This document shows, one piece after another, positions 13,101 to 24,715 of a stretch of 64,000 nucleotides of DNA (its first letter is position 1; every line of letters begins with the position of its first letter). The notes beneath the pieces were generated by a model, which was not told the origin of the DNA, made no database searches, and was given only the letters and a program-made list of their open reading frames with translations. Location of the stretch: the NCBI RefSeq assembly GCF_009914755.1, contig NC_060931.1. One strand, written 5' to 3'. Source of the DNA: the human T2T-CHM13v2.0 reference genome, Homo sapiens. The position numbers were made by a program, and so were the translations under genes.

Positions 13101-16100
13101 TGTAATCTCAACTAAACTGTTACAATGTCTGATGGACTAGGTAGGGAGGATCTTATCTCAATGTTTTTGTGACACATGACTTGTGTATTCAGGGCCCTCA
13201 TTTCTAATGTCCATTTTTGCATGGTGCAAAAGCCTTATCCCTCATGAGTTATTGAACCACAAGCCTCTTGGTAACAAAATGCAGCATCGGTCCTTTTTGT
13301 AAAAGAATATGAGTAATCTTAAAGAGACGCAAAGTAGGACTTTCCTTGTTTTAACCACACATACAATCAAGGATAAATATAATATACATATAGTACATGT
13401 TTTACATTATATTACTGGTAGTGACAGATGCTTTGATCAAATCTATACTAAATAGTCATACTTAAGTGATTATTACTTTTAATCAGAGTTTAACAGAAGC
13501 AAATGACAATCTCATTGATAGCCAGAGCAAAAGAAAGGAAACTAACTCCTCATCTAAGACTTTAGGAAATGAAGCCAAGTAATTATTGTGGGAATAAGGA
13601 TGAAGTGCCTGTCCTGTATTGTCCAATAGTTCTTCTTCTGTATAATTATTCTGACCTAGAATGATCAATGAGCTACAAGCACAAATACTTATTGAAGAAA
13701 ACAAGTTTTAATTTGCTTGTTTTTTATTTGGGCTCCCAGTCTTGGAAAGGAAAATATTTCAATTTGTATTTTTAAGTTTCAAATCGAACTTATCTGTATA
13801 TAAATTACAATCAATATAGGCTTTATATTCTTTATAATTTGTCTTTTCTGTACAATCAACATCAAAACTTGCCTTTAACTTATTCAATAAATCACCAATT
13901 AAAATTTTCATATATGTATTAGAAAAAAAATGCACTGTAAAAAATCTTTTTAATGAGATTTCCTTTAATTTAATGGATTGGATAAAGCAATGTACTAAGA
14001 TTTAAGATACCTGGGTCATACTTTCAGTTATATTGCTTGGTAACCCTTATTTTAACTTCTCTGGTTTTGATTTCTCATGCAAAGAGAAGAATCACTAATA
14101 TAAATAGAAAATCGCTAGCATCTCCACTAATTTTAACATTGTATTGGACACCTACTCAGACCTACTGATTGTAAAACACTTACCATTTTTCTCAGCTCCA
14201 GTCTAGCTCCCCACACACTTTCTAATTCTTTCTCAATGCCCCGGAGACCCAAACTGTGCTTATTCTTTTTCTGAGCTGTGGGCCACTTCGCCCAGTGACT
14301 CTCAAATTATGTACTTCAAACCTTTGAGAACCCATGGAGTTGTTGCAGTTATAAAGACACTGTAAGTTCTTATATATATCAAATATTTTCTGGAGACTAA
14401 AAGTGATTCATATGTATGAACTTCACTTTTTCAAATATATGTTAATGCTCCTGTGATCAGCAAAATTAAAATAATTAATTTTTAATGTTTTTAAGTTCAG
14501 AAAAGATTTTGTCATTCTGAGTTTTCCAATCAATGTACAATTAAAGTCTAACTACTCTTAAATAGAAATACCTGGAAATTTCGACTTTTGATAATATTAG
14601 GAATAACTAACCTTAAGCTGTTTACTTCCATTTCTTTCATTTCAGTATAAGATCCCTTTGAAAATAAATCCAGATATCAAGTTTTAGCAAGGCTTCTTGG
14701 AAAATTACTATAGGAAAAAATAGAGTAACAATTTGATACCAGCTCTGCCCTATGGGGCACCTATGCTATGGCATATTATATGTACTTTTGATAACATATA
14801 TTTAACTTTCAGTAATATATTTTAATTGATTACATGTTTATCCCATCTACTGGATTATGGATTACTTGAGGATTGTAACAATTGCTTACTCAGCATTGAC
14901 TTATCTTATGGTGTCTACTCTCATGCTGCATAGATAATAGAATCTTAGTAAAAATTATTTGAATTGAATCAAATGTTTCTGTAATTCTACCAGGTGCACG
15001 AGAGGCTGCCAATAGATCTGAAAGAGTGGTAAGATCTTTGTTACTGAGAAAGTGGAAGTGAACAAGATAAGATTTCTGATTAGAGTATCATTCAAATAAA
15101 AATACTGAGCTATCTCAAAGACCATCCTGATACTCATGAAAGTCGACAGACCCTGAGTAGACTAATCTTATTCCCTAGAATTTGCAAGGTCCAGGGACCA
15201 GATGAGAGTGGAGTTGAATCTCCCCTAGGGAACATTAGGCATCAGAAATTTGTTACATTTTTCAATACTTTATAGTTTTCAGAATGCTTTACCTTATATA
15301 TTTTGGTTAGGTGTTGATTTTATATGAAACCAAACCTCTATTGTATTCATATTTCTTGGCTAGGCTGATATCTAAGAAATTAAGAGTGGAAGAATTTCAG
15401 ATTACTGGGGTCTTTGATGATGACAGTATCCTAGGAAAAAGCTTTAAATGTAATTCCAAAAACAGTGTATAATGAGATACCTATTGAACGACTGAGTGAT
15501 AGCTTAATGAAAATCAAGGTGATTGAGTTAAAGTTTTGTCAGATATCCAGAATGTTGCTGAAATCTATTCCTCTTCTTCCAGAACACTTGCCTACTTTGC
15601 ATAGCATGGTCTATTTTATAGCTTTATTAATGGTCTTTCCACCTTTTTCTGAATATTCTTTTACCAACTCTATCCCCCATATTGTTGCTAGTCATCCTTT
15701 TAAACACTGATCATGTCTGTCACCTGTTTGGAAACCTCCGATGGTTCCCCCTCCATGGAGAACAAAGTGCGATCTTGTTAGCACGGCCTAGAGACATTCA
15801 GTTAGAATTTCTCGGATAAATAATGTCAGATAATTTTTCTGGGTTGCCCAATTAAGGTCTTCCTACATTAAATGGGAGAGACAGACAATATCTTCAGTTG
15901 AATGGCACCTGGCTTTACTAGTACCCTTTTGAGCAGCTGCCACTTAAGCTCAGACTTTTTGACACTAAAGCAGTTTATTTAAGCCCATAACCCTATGAAG
16001 ACTAGCTCAAGGTTGCTCCATAAAAAATGAAAGTCATTTTGAAAGTAAGCAGGGAGGGGGTGGTGTGGTTTCTCTGCTGAAGCACAGCCACATGGCGTGT

Positions 16101-17142
16101 CTGGCTATATCCTCTCCCCAGGGATGCCATAGGATGCTGGAAGACAGGAAATTCTTAAAGTCATTGCCTTCCTGCCCATGAGTTTCAGCCTGTACCAAAC
16201 CCTTTGCAGTATTTCAGGAAAATAAGATTCTTCACCATATACTTTATATCTGGCTTTCTAGCCTCCCAATTTTCATGCTTTGTTCCATTGTATCCCAAGC
16301 TTTTTGCTATTCCTCCCATCCTCTGCACATCTATACCTTCATGACTTCTCTTGACAATATCTTCTCTAGCTCATATGCTAAATAGTTATATCCTCATTGG
16401 TCATCATAATAATTAGATAGAACAGTTCTGTAGAGCTTTTAGCTATCTGCAACACAACCGTCCCGTTTCAATTCATTTTTCTCCCAAGGAAGCAAACTTC
16501 CTCCTCTAAAAAGCTATATTTGTAGCATACCAGTTTGTTAGTGGTTCAACCAATAAAAATATGAAAACATAATTTACTTACACTGACATGGACAACTGTG
16601 TCAGTGGGAGAAGAAATAGGTCTTTAGTATAACAGAGTTCTAAATATGCATATTAGAATTTGCATATTTATACCAAACTCCAACCCTTTCTTTGTTTGAT
16701 TTACTATTATTATTATTCCACCAGGGTTTGATTCAATTTTCACTGGGTTGTCTATACAAACTGTCCCCCAAGGTGACCTCCAGAATTGTCAATTTAGATG
16801 CTGAAATTAGATGCTTAAATAATTCAGATAATTGAACTATTATGTCATTATAAAAGTAGCCTAATATGTGAGTATTTGGGGCCATTTTATTTGGGTGATA
16901 TATCATTCTTCCTTACTGATAACATTTATGCTAAATGATTATCTTCTAACTATGTGTAAATTGTATTACGCTTCTTTGATCAAAATTATACAAATACTCA
17001 GATGTTTACTTTCCATTGTGTCCAATATATACACTAACAAAACAGTCAGAGAATATGTTCAGTATTAGGATGGGGTGTGGGATGATTGCTTGGGCTGAAG
17101 CATGAATTAACTGTAGTAGGGGATAAGAATAAGCATGGAGAC

Positions 17143-18016
17143 TGTGGTAGGCAGAATTTTAAGATGGCCCCCAACACTTCTTTTCTCAGGTGTACACACA
17201 CCTTTGCACAGTTGTTCAATCAAATATTAATCTAGGTCTCCTGTGAAAATAATTTGCAGATGAGATTAAGGTGGCAAATCTGTTAATGTAAACATAGGCA
17301 GATAATTTATGTGGATCCGACTTGACCTAATCACATGAGCCACTTAAGAGTAGAGAATTTTCTTTTCTTTTTTTTTAAATTATACTTTAAGTTCTGGGAT
17401 ACATGTGCAGAACTTGCAGGTTTGTTACATAAGTATATATGTGCCATGGTGGTTTGCTGCACCCATCAACCTGTCATCTACGTTAGGTATTTCTCCTAAT
17501 GCTATCCCTCCCCTTGCCCTCCACCCACTGACAAGCCCCAGTGTGTGATGTTCCCATCCCTGTGCCCATATGTTCTCATTGTTGAACTCCCACTTTAGCA
17601 GATCACAGAAGAGGAGGTCAGAAATCTGAAGCACAAGAAGGATTTGTTGCACCAATGATGACTTGAGTGAGGGGAGATACATGGAAAGGAATGCGGGCAG
17701 CCTTTGGGAGCTGAGAGCAATTCCTGGCTGGCAGACAGCAAGGAAATGGGGATCTCAGTCCTACAGCTGCAAGAAACTTAATTTGTCCAACAGCAGGGAT
17801 GACCTTACAAATGAATTTTTCTTCAGAGCCTACTGATAAGAACTCAGTTTATGTGAAAACTTGGTTTTAGCTTTGTGATGCCCTGAGTAGAGAATCTAGC
17901 TATGCCATGCTCCATGCAAGACTTTTAACTTTCAGAACTGTGAGATAATACACTGGTGTTGTTTTAAGCCACTAAGTTTGTGGCAATTTGTTACTTGGTA
18001 GTAGAAAACTAATACA
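17143..18016 (+). mobile_element. MLT1 (MLT1E/F-like) solo LTR interrupted by an L1PA 3' end
   Basis: TGTGGTAGGCAGAATTTTAAGATGGCCCCC start; TGTTGTTTTAAGCCACTAAGTTTGTGG...AAAACTAATACA end. Confidence 0.85.
17361..17596 (-). mobile_element. 5'-truncated L1PA (PA8-PA10-like) 3' UTR fragment
   Basis: Poly(T) then TTATACTTTAAGTTCTGGGATACATGTGCAGAAC...CCTAATGCTATCCCTCCCC. Confidence 0.9.
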
Positions 18017-18348
18017 GAGGACACTGCAGTTATTGGAATGAGGGACAATGGCAGCTTGGACTATGGCTATGGATATGGAAATAGAAAAAAAACAGAACTG
18101 AGATATTCAGGGATAAAATTGATATGACTATGTGACAGATGGGGGGATAAAGGAGATAGATTAGTTAAAACATGTGTCTGGTTTTTCACCATGCATAGTT
18201 TTTCACATCAGAAGACTACTGTGCTAAGTGAATTATTGGGTAGTGGTAAGAGTTGGAGAATATTAATTGGGTTTAGATACGTAGAGATTGAAGTGCCTTG
18301 AGACACTTAACAGGAGCCATCAATTGGCAGTTGGATATGAGTCATTGG

Positions 18349-19103
18349 TATTATAAATCAAAAAATATCTGGGAGAAGTCTCAATTAATTTAGAAGTTTA
18401 TTTCACCAAGGTTAGGGACCTGCCTGTGACACAGCCTCAGGAGGTCCTGAGAATGTGTCCCCAAGGTGGCTGGACTACAGCTTGGTTTTATATGTTTTAG
18501 GGAGACAGAAGACATCAGTCAATACGTGTAAGATGGACACTGATTCAGTCCATAAAGGCAGGACAACTTGAAGTGGAAAACTTCCAGGTAGTAGGTGGAT
18601 TCAAAGATTTCCTTATTGGCAATTGGTTGAAAGAGTTTATAGGAAGACCTGAAATCAATAGGAGGTAATGTTTGAGTTGAGATAAGGGGTTGTGGGGACC
18701 AAGGTTTTTATTATGCAGATGAGTCCTCCAGGTTGCAGGCTTGAGAGAATACATTGTAAATGTTCTTATCAGACTTTAAAATGTGCCAGACTCTTAGTTA
18801 ATTCTCTCCTGGATCAGGAGATACAGCTTTGAAGGCCATTTCCATTTAGGGCCTGCTATCTGTCATGTTGGTATCTTATTGCTGTAAAGAGTCTGCTTTG
18901 TCAGCCTTAAAGTCTGTTTTAATGTTAAATGATGGCCAGTATGCCTGAATTCCAAAGGGAATAGAGTATAAGAAGGCATGTCTGACCTTCTCTTCCCATC
19001 ATGGCCTGAACTAGTTTTTCAGGTTAACTTAGGAATGCCCTTGGCTGAGAGGAGGGGCCTGTTCAATTGGTTGGGGAGCTTAGAATTTTATTTTTATTTT
19101 ATA
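18349..19103 (-). mobile_element. MER4-group (ERV1) solo LTR
   Basis: Reverse strand starts TATAAAATAAAAATAAAATTCTAAGCTCCCCAACC...CAGCCAAGGGCATTCCTAAGTTAACCTGAAAAACTAGTTCAGGCCATGATGGGAAG; also GTGACACAGCCTCAGGAGGTCCTGAG. Confidence 0.85.
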
Positions 19104-19552
19104 GCATGCTGGTGATAATTGAAGTCCTTGGCATAGATGACATCACTGATGAAGGATGTGGCATGAGAAGAGAACAGAACTTTAAGATTCTTAATATTTA
19201 GTAGCCAGGTGGAGGCAAATAAGCCCATAAGAGAAACAAGCAATTAGTGTGTAAGTAAAAACTGTGTTGTGTCATGGAAGTCAAGAGAATAGTATTTCAA
19301 GAAAAAGAACATGGGCAATGTAACAGGTGCTCCTGAGATGTCAAGTAAGAAATATTTTGGCAGGGGGGTTAGCAAAATGGTGTTTACTGGTTACCTTAGT
19401 AAAAGTCGTTTCCATGAAGGGATGTGGACAGAAACCAGACTGGAATGAGATAAAGAGTGAAGGTGAGGAAATGAAAACAAAATACTTAAGTACAGACAAC
19501 TCTAAAGAAGTTTGCTTATAAAGAGGAGAAGACCAGGAAGTAGCTGGAGATG

Positions 19553-19916
19553 TATATTAGTCTGTTCTCATACTGCTGTAAAGAACTGCCTGAAACTGGG
19601 TAATTCATAAAGGAAAGAGGTTTAATTGACACACAGTTCAGCATGGCTGGGGAGGCCTCAGGAAACTTATAATCATGGTGAAAGGCACCTCTTTGCAGGG
19701 CAGCAGGAGAGAGAATGAGTGCCAAGTGAAGGGGGAAAGCCCTTATAAAACCATCACATCTTGTGAGTACTCACTCACTATCATGAGAACAGTCTGGTGG
19801 AAACTGCCTTTATGATTCAATTATCTCCCACCAGGTTCCTCTCATGACACATGGGGATTATGGGAACTACAATTCAAGATGAGATTTGGGTGCGGACACA
19901 GAGCCAAACCATATCA
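19553..19916 (-). mobile_element. THE1/MST (MaLR) solo LTR, THE1C/D-like
   Basis: TATTAGTCTGTTCTCATACTGCTG...GGCTGGGGAGGCCTCAGGAAACTTATAATCATGG...GACACAGAGCCAAACCATATCA. Confidence 0.9.
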
Positions 19917-20828
19917 AAGTGGTTTTTTTATTTTATTTTCTGTGGGAGACAACATATTTAAAAGCCAACTAGAAGGAATCAGTTCAGAAGTTGTTAAATA
20001 TACAAGAGAGGAGGAGGAAGAAATAACAAAGTTTTCTGAGAAGGTGAAGGAGATAAGATCCAAAGTACACATAGAGATTTAAGTTCCTTTAGTATAACAG
20101 GAACAAAAGGACATTGATGGGTATACCTATCTTGTACAAATAGGTTTACATATTAGGAAAAAATGAAATTAATAGAGGTCCAGTCTGATGGCTTCTTTTT
20201 CTTCCAAAACTTGTTTGAAAAGCACTGTCATCTGTTAAGAGTATGGGGAGGAGAGTGGGCATTATAAATGTGAAGAGGGGTGGATAAAGTCTGAAATAGT
20301 CCTTGTGGAAAATGGGGGACTCAACTGAATTGACCTAGACAGGCTATGAGGAAGCCTAAATGTCATAACATTAATGAAGATTTTCTTGTCATCTTTCCAG
20401 CAGCTGTCAGCCTTTACCTTCTCCCACTCTGAGGTAGAACTAATCTTTAATGTCTTCTTCCCTTGAAATACCACAGCACATTTTTCATATCATGATAGAG
20501 ATCATCTCGCTGTATTAAACCATCTGTTAGCATGTCTTGTTCGTAATGATAGACTATGAAATGAACAAGACCATTTCTGATGCCTTCATTTGTCTTTGTA
20601 CTTCAATAGTTTAGCAAATAAAGAAAAAAATGTAATTATTAGGCAAAAATAATGATAAAAATAACAGTAACAATTTTTAAAAATAAAAGTTATTGACCAT
20701 TTATTTGTGTCATTCACTTTGCTAAGTATATTTTTACTTTCTTATTTGTAATTTAATTTTGTCCATCCTAATTTGTTTATTTAATAGATTAGGAAACTAA
20801 AGCTTAAAGGGATGAAATATCTCCATGG

Positions 20829-20896
20829 TGACACTACTACTAACTGGAAACTTTTTTTGAACTGATGACACTACTACTAACTGGAAACTTTTTTTG
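20829..20896 (+). repeat. 31-bp perfect direct duplication (20829-20859 and 20866-20896)
   Basis: TGACACTACTACTAACTGGAAACTTTTTTTG twice, separated by AACTGA. Confidence 0.95.
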
Positions 20897-21133
20897 CTCT
20901 GTGGCCTCATTCTTTCTTCAATAGAATAAGGAAGAAAATTTTGAAATATTGAGTAAAAACTTCTTCTGAAAGATGAAAGTTGTTTTGACCACTGTCTTCT
21001 CTCTGTAATACTAATTAAATATTTATTTAGCAAGATTCTCATCAGAATTCATCTTTCAGAAGAAGTTTTTACTCAATATTTCAAAATTTTCTTCCTTATT
21101 CTATTGAAGAAAGAATGAGGCCACAGAGCAAAA
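20892..21133. repeat. Perfect 86-bp inverted repeat (20892-20977 / 21048-21133) with 70-bp spacer
   Basis: Base-by-base reverse complement: TTTTGCTCTGTGGCC...CTGAAAGATGAA vs TTCATCTTTCAG...GGCCACAGAGCAAAA, no mismatches. Confidence 0.97.
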
Positions 21134-22251
21134 TCAATTATTTATTTTGCATAGATGGAATTTATGTAGATAGCGCTATCATAAAGGTACTGCAAAAGGA
21201 AATTCATGTGCAAATATCCTCATCAACTGAATTAGAACTCAACATCATCATTGCTACATCATGCAAGAAGACTATACAGCAACTTAGTTTAGACAGGCAT
21301 GAGTATCTGCTTAGTCTATTCATTAATAAAAAAGTCTATTCATTAATAAATAATCAACTTTGGTTTCAGGACATAAAATGATCCCAAAGTTGGCCAGATA
21401 AAAATAGGGTCACCTCAGAAAGCGGTTCTCAGATTAGTTTGAAAAGTGATTTAACACATTGCTGAAATGTAAGCGGGTATCCAATCCAAAAGAAATAACA
21501 AAACAGAAGCCTTTTTACTATCCCCCAGAGTATGGTTTTTTTAGGAAAACATGCAGAGAAAGAAAGGCAAGGATAATGTGCACAATTTAGAAATAAATGG
21601 AAATCCTTTATGTGTTAATCATTTCTGGAATACTTATGCAATCTGTGTTTTATGGTCCATTTTATATATTTCTTTAAGCTGTCCATTGATAGAAAAGAAT
21701 ACACAAAAGTCTGAAAAGTTAGAGAGCTTTAGTAATTACATTTTGTCACTTACTAACAACCAAGAAAGAGAAAAAAACTATAATGATATTTAGTAACCCA
21801 TGAATGTGACTTTTCTAATTTCTAATATGATAAATTAGCACTCCTCAAATTTAGAATGAACTTACTGTAAATATCTGTCCATCTCTATGTCATTTATTTA
21901 CCCCAAATATCTTACATATTGGAAATTTTTTAAAAATGTATTTTAAATATTTATATTTTAATCTAATCTGTGTTATATAATTTCAGATCTAAATGTCATA
22001 AAATTCATGATATATTTTTATATGTATGTATATTTGAATGAAACATTTAATAATATTTACATAAAAGCAAATTTCATATATATCATGTAACAACTATGAA
22101 TTTTAGTTTAGCTTAAATTTCATTTTGGGGGAAAAACATAATACTGACATGTATGATTTTTGGTAGGGAACTAAATATATGTTCAAATGTAGATTAAAAG
22201 ATAACTATAGTAGAAACTATGAAAATATATGAAAACTAGTTTTATAACCTA

Positions 22252-22664
22252 TGTCAGGCCTCTGAGCCCAAGCTATGCCATCATATCCCCTGTGACCTGC
22301 ACATACACATCCAGATGGTCGGTTCCTGCCTTAACTGATGACATTCCACCACAAAAGAAGTGAAAATGGCCATTCCTGCCTTAACTGATGACATTGTCTT
22401 GTGAAATTCCTTCTCCTGGCTCATTCTGGCTCAAAAGCTCCCCTACTGAGCACCTTGTGACCCCCACTCCTGCCCGCCAGAGAACAACCCCCCTTTGACT
22501 GTAATTTTCCTTTACCTACCCAAATCCTATAAAATGGCCCCACCCCTATGTCCCTTCGCTGACTCTCTTTTCGGACTCAGCCCACCTGCACCCAGGTGAA
22601 ATAAACAGTTTTATTGCTGACTCAAAGCCTGTTTGGTGGTCTCTTCACACGAACGCGAGTGAAA
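22252..22664 (+). promoter_or_regulatory. 5' LTR7 (LTR7up-like) promoter/enhancer
   Basis: TGTCAGGCCTCTGAGCCCAAG start, duplicated TTCCTGCCTTAACTGATGACATT block, ACAAAAGA at 22351-22358, TATAAAA, CCCCACCCC GC/GT box, AATAAA, ends GAGTGAAA. Confidence 0.93.
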
Positions 22665-22666
22665 TT

Positions 22667-22684
22667 TGGTGCCGTGACTTGGAT
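22667..22684 (+). other. Primer-binding site complementary to tRNA-His 3' end
   Basis: TGGTGCCGTGACTTGGAT vs canonical TGGTGCCGTGACTCGGAT (one CpG transition). Confidence 0.92.
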
Positions 22685-22806
22685 CGGGGGACCTCCCTTG
22701 GGAGATCAATCCCCTGTCCTCCTGCTCTTTGCTCCATGAGAAAGATCCACCTATGACCTCAGGTCCTCAGACCAACCAGCCAAGAAACATCTCCCCAATT
22801 TCAAAT

Positions 22807-22815
22807 CCGGTAAGC
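22807..22815 (+). promoter_or_regulatory. HERV-H leader splice donor CCG|GTAAGC
   Basis: TCAAATCCG|GTAAGCAG about 145 nt after the 5' LTR, the expected donor position. Confidence 0.8.
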
Positions 22816-24234
22816 AGCCTCTTTTTACTCTCTTCTCCAACCTCCCTCACTATCCTTCAACCTCTTTCTCCTTTCAATCTTGGAGCCACACTTCAATCTC
22901 TCCCTTCTTTTAATTTCAATTCCTTTCATTTTCTGGTAGAGACAAAGGAGACACGTTCTATCCGTGGACCCAAAACTCCGGCGCCGGTCACAGACTGGGA
23001 AGACAGACTTCCCTTGATGTTTAATCATTGCAGGGACACCTCTCTGATTATTTACCCACGTTTCAGAGGTGTCACACCATTCAGGGATGCCTGCCTCGGT
23101 CCTTCACCCTTAGCAGCAAGTCCTACTTTTCTGTGGGAGGGGCAAGTACCCCAACCCCTTCTCTCCATGTTTCTACCCCTTCTCCACCTTTCTAGGGGGC
23201 AAGGAACCCCCAACCCCTTCTCCTTCACCCTTAGCAGCAAGTCCCGCTTTTCTAGGGGAGGGGCAAGTACCCCAACCTCTTATATCTCTGTGCCCCAATC
23301 CCTTATTTCCATGCCCCGACCTCGTATCTCTGTGCCCTGACCCCTTTCCCACTTTTCTGGAGGGTAAGAACCCGTGAACCCCTTCCCTCCGTGTCTCTAC
23401 TCTCTCTTTTCTCTGGGCTTGCCTCCTTCACTATGGGCAACCTTCCATCCTCCATTCCTCCTCCTTCTCCCTTAGCCTGTATTCTTAAGAACTTAAAACC
23501 TCTTCAACTCTCACCTGACCTAAAATCTAAGCATCTTATTTTCTTCTGCAATGCCGCTTGACCCCAGTGCAAACTCGACAGTTGCTCTAAATGGCCAGAA
23601 AACGGCACTTTCAATTTCTCCATCCTACAAGACCTAAATAATTTTTGTCGAAAAATGGGCAAATGGTCTGAGGTGCCTGACATCCAGGCATTCTTTTACA
23701 AATCGGTCCCTCCCTAGTCTCTGTGCCCAGTGGGACTCGTCCCAAATCTTCCTTCTTTCCCTCCTGCCTGTCCCCTCAGTCCCAACCCCAAGGGTCTCTG
23801 AGTCTTTCTAATCTTCCTTTTCTACAGACCCACCTGACCTCTCCCCTCCTCTCCAGGCTGCTCCTTGCCAGGCCGAGCTAGGTTCCAATTCTTCCTCAGC
23901 CTGTCTCCACCCTATAATCTTTTTATCACCTCCCCTCCTCACACCTGGTCCGGCTTACAGTTTCGTTCGGTGACTAGCCCTCCCCCACCTGGCCAGGAAT
24001 TTACTCTTAAAAAGGTGGCTGGAGCTAAAGGCATAGTCAAGGTTAATAGTCCTTTTTCTTTATCCCAAATCAGACAGCATTTAGGCTCTTTTTCATCAAA
24101 TATAAAAATCCAGCCCAGTTCATGACTCGTTTGGCAGCAACCCTGAGACACTTTACAGCCCTAGACCCTAAAAGTTCAAAAGGCCATCTTAGTCTCAAAA
24201 TACATTTTATTACCCAATCTGCTCCCGACATTAA

Positions 24235-24555
24235 ATGAAACTCCAAAAATTAAATTCTGACCCTCCAACCCCACAACACGATTTAATTAACCTTGCCTTC
24301 AAGGTGTACAATAATAGAAAAAAGTTGCAATTCCTTGCCTCCACTGTGAGACAAACCCCAGCCACATCTCCAGCACATAAGAACTTCCAAACGCCTGAAT
24401 CGCAGTGGCCAGGCATTCCTCCAGAACCTCCTCCCCCAGGAGCTTGCTGCAAGTGCCAGAAATCTGGCCACTGGGCTAAGGAATGCCTGCAGCCCAGGAT
24501 TCCTCCTAAGCCATGTCCCATCTGTGTGGGACCCCACTGAAAATTGGACTGTTCA
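24235..24555 (+). pseudogene. gag: HERV-H gag nucleocapsid remnant
   Basis: CCHC knuckle CKCQKSGHWAKEC; second knuckle CPICVGPH is cut by a stop. Confidence 0.85.
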
Positions 24556-24715
24556 ACTCACCTGGCAGCCACTTCCAGAGCCCCTGGGACTCTGGTCCAA
24601 GGCTCTCTGACTGACTCCTGCCCAGATCTTCTCGGCTTAGCAGCTGAAGACTGACACTGCCCGATCGCCTCAGAAGCCTACAGGACCATCACAGATGCTC
24701 TAGGTAACTCTTACA

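Larger units (their letters stand above)
18020..20400 (-). mobile_element. L2 LINE fragments interrupted by MER4 and THE1/MST LTRs
   Basis: Purine-rich L2-like motifs (GGCAGCTTGGACTATGG, GGCAGTTGGATATGAGTC, GTGTCATGGAAGTCAAG, CAGAAACCAGACTGGAATGAG); strand and limits approximate. Confidence 0.6.

Noticed and set aside
13483-13704. 73-aa minus-strand ORF (QNNYTEEELLDNTGQ...) with a possible TTCTAG acceptor
   Set aside because: Poor polypyrimidine tract, no convincing donor, no family match
20829-21350. Direct repeats with short spacers as a CRISPR-like array, or the hairpin as a pre-miRNA or MITE
   Set aside because: Only two copies, eukaryotic context, no cas genes; 70-nt loop and 86-bp stem do not fit a pre-miRNA; no recognisable TIR/TSD
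22729-23340. 203-aa ORF in the HERV-H leader
   Set aside because: TTG start, low-complexity Pro/Ser-rich translation of the C-rich repeated leader; typical of HERV-H and not evidence of a gene
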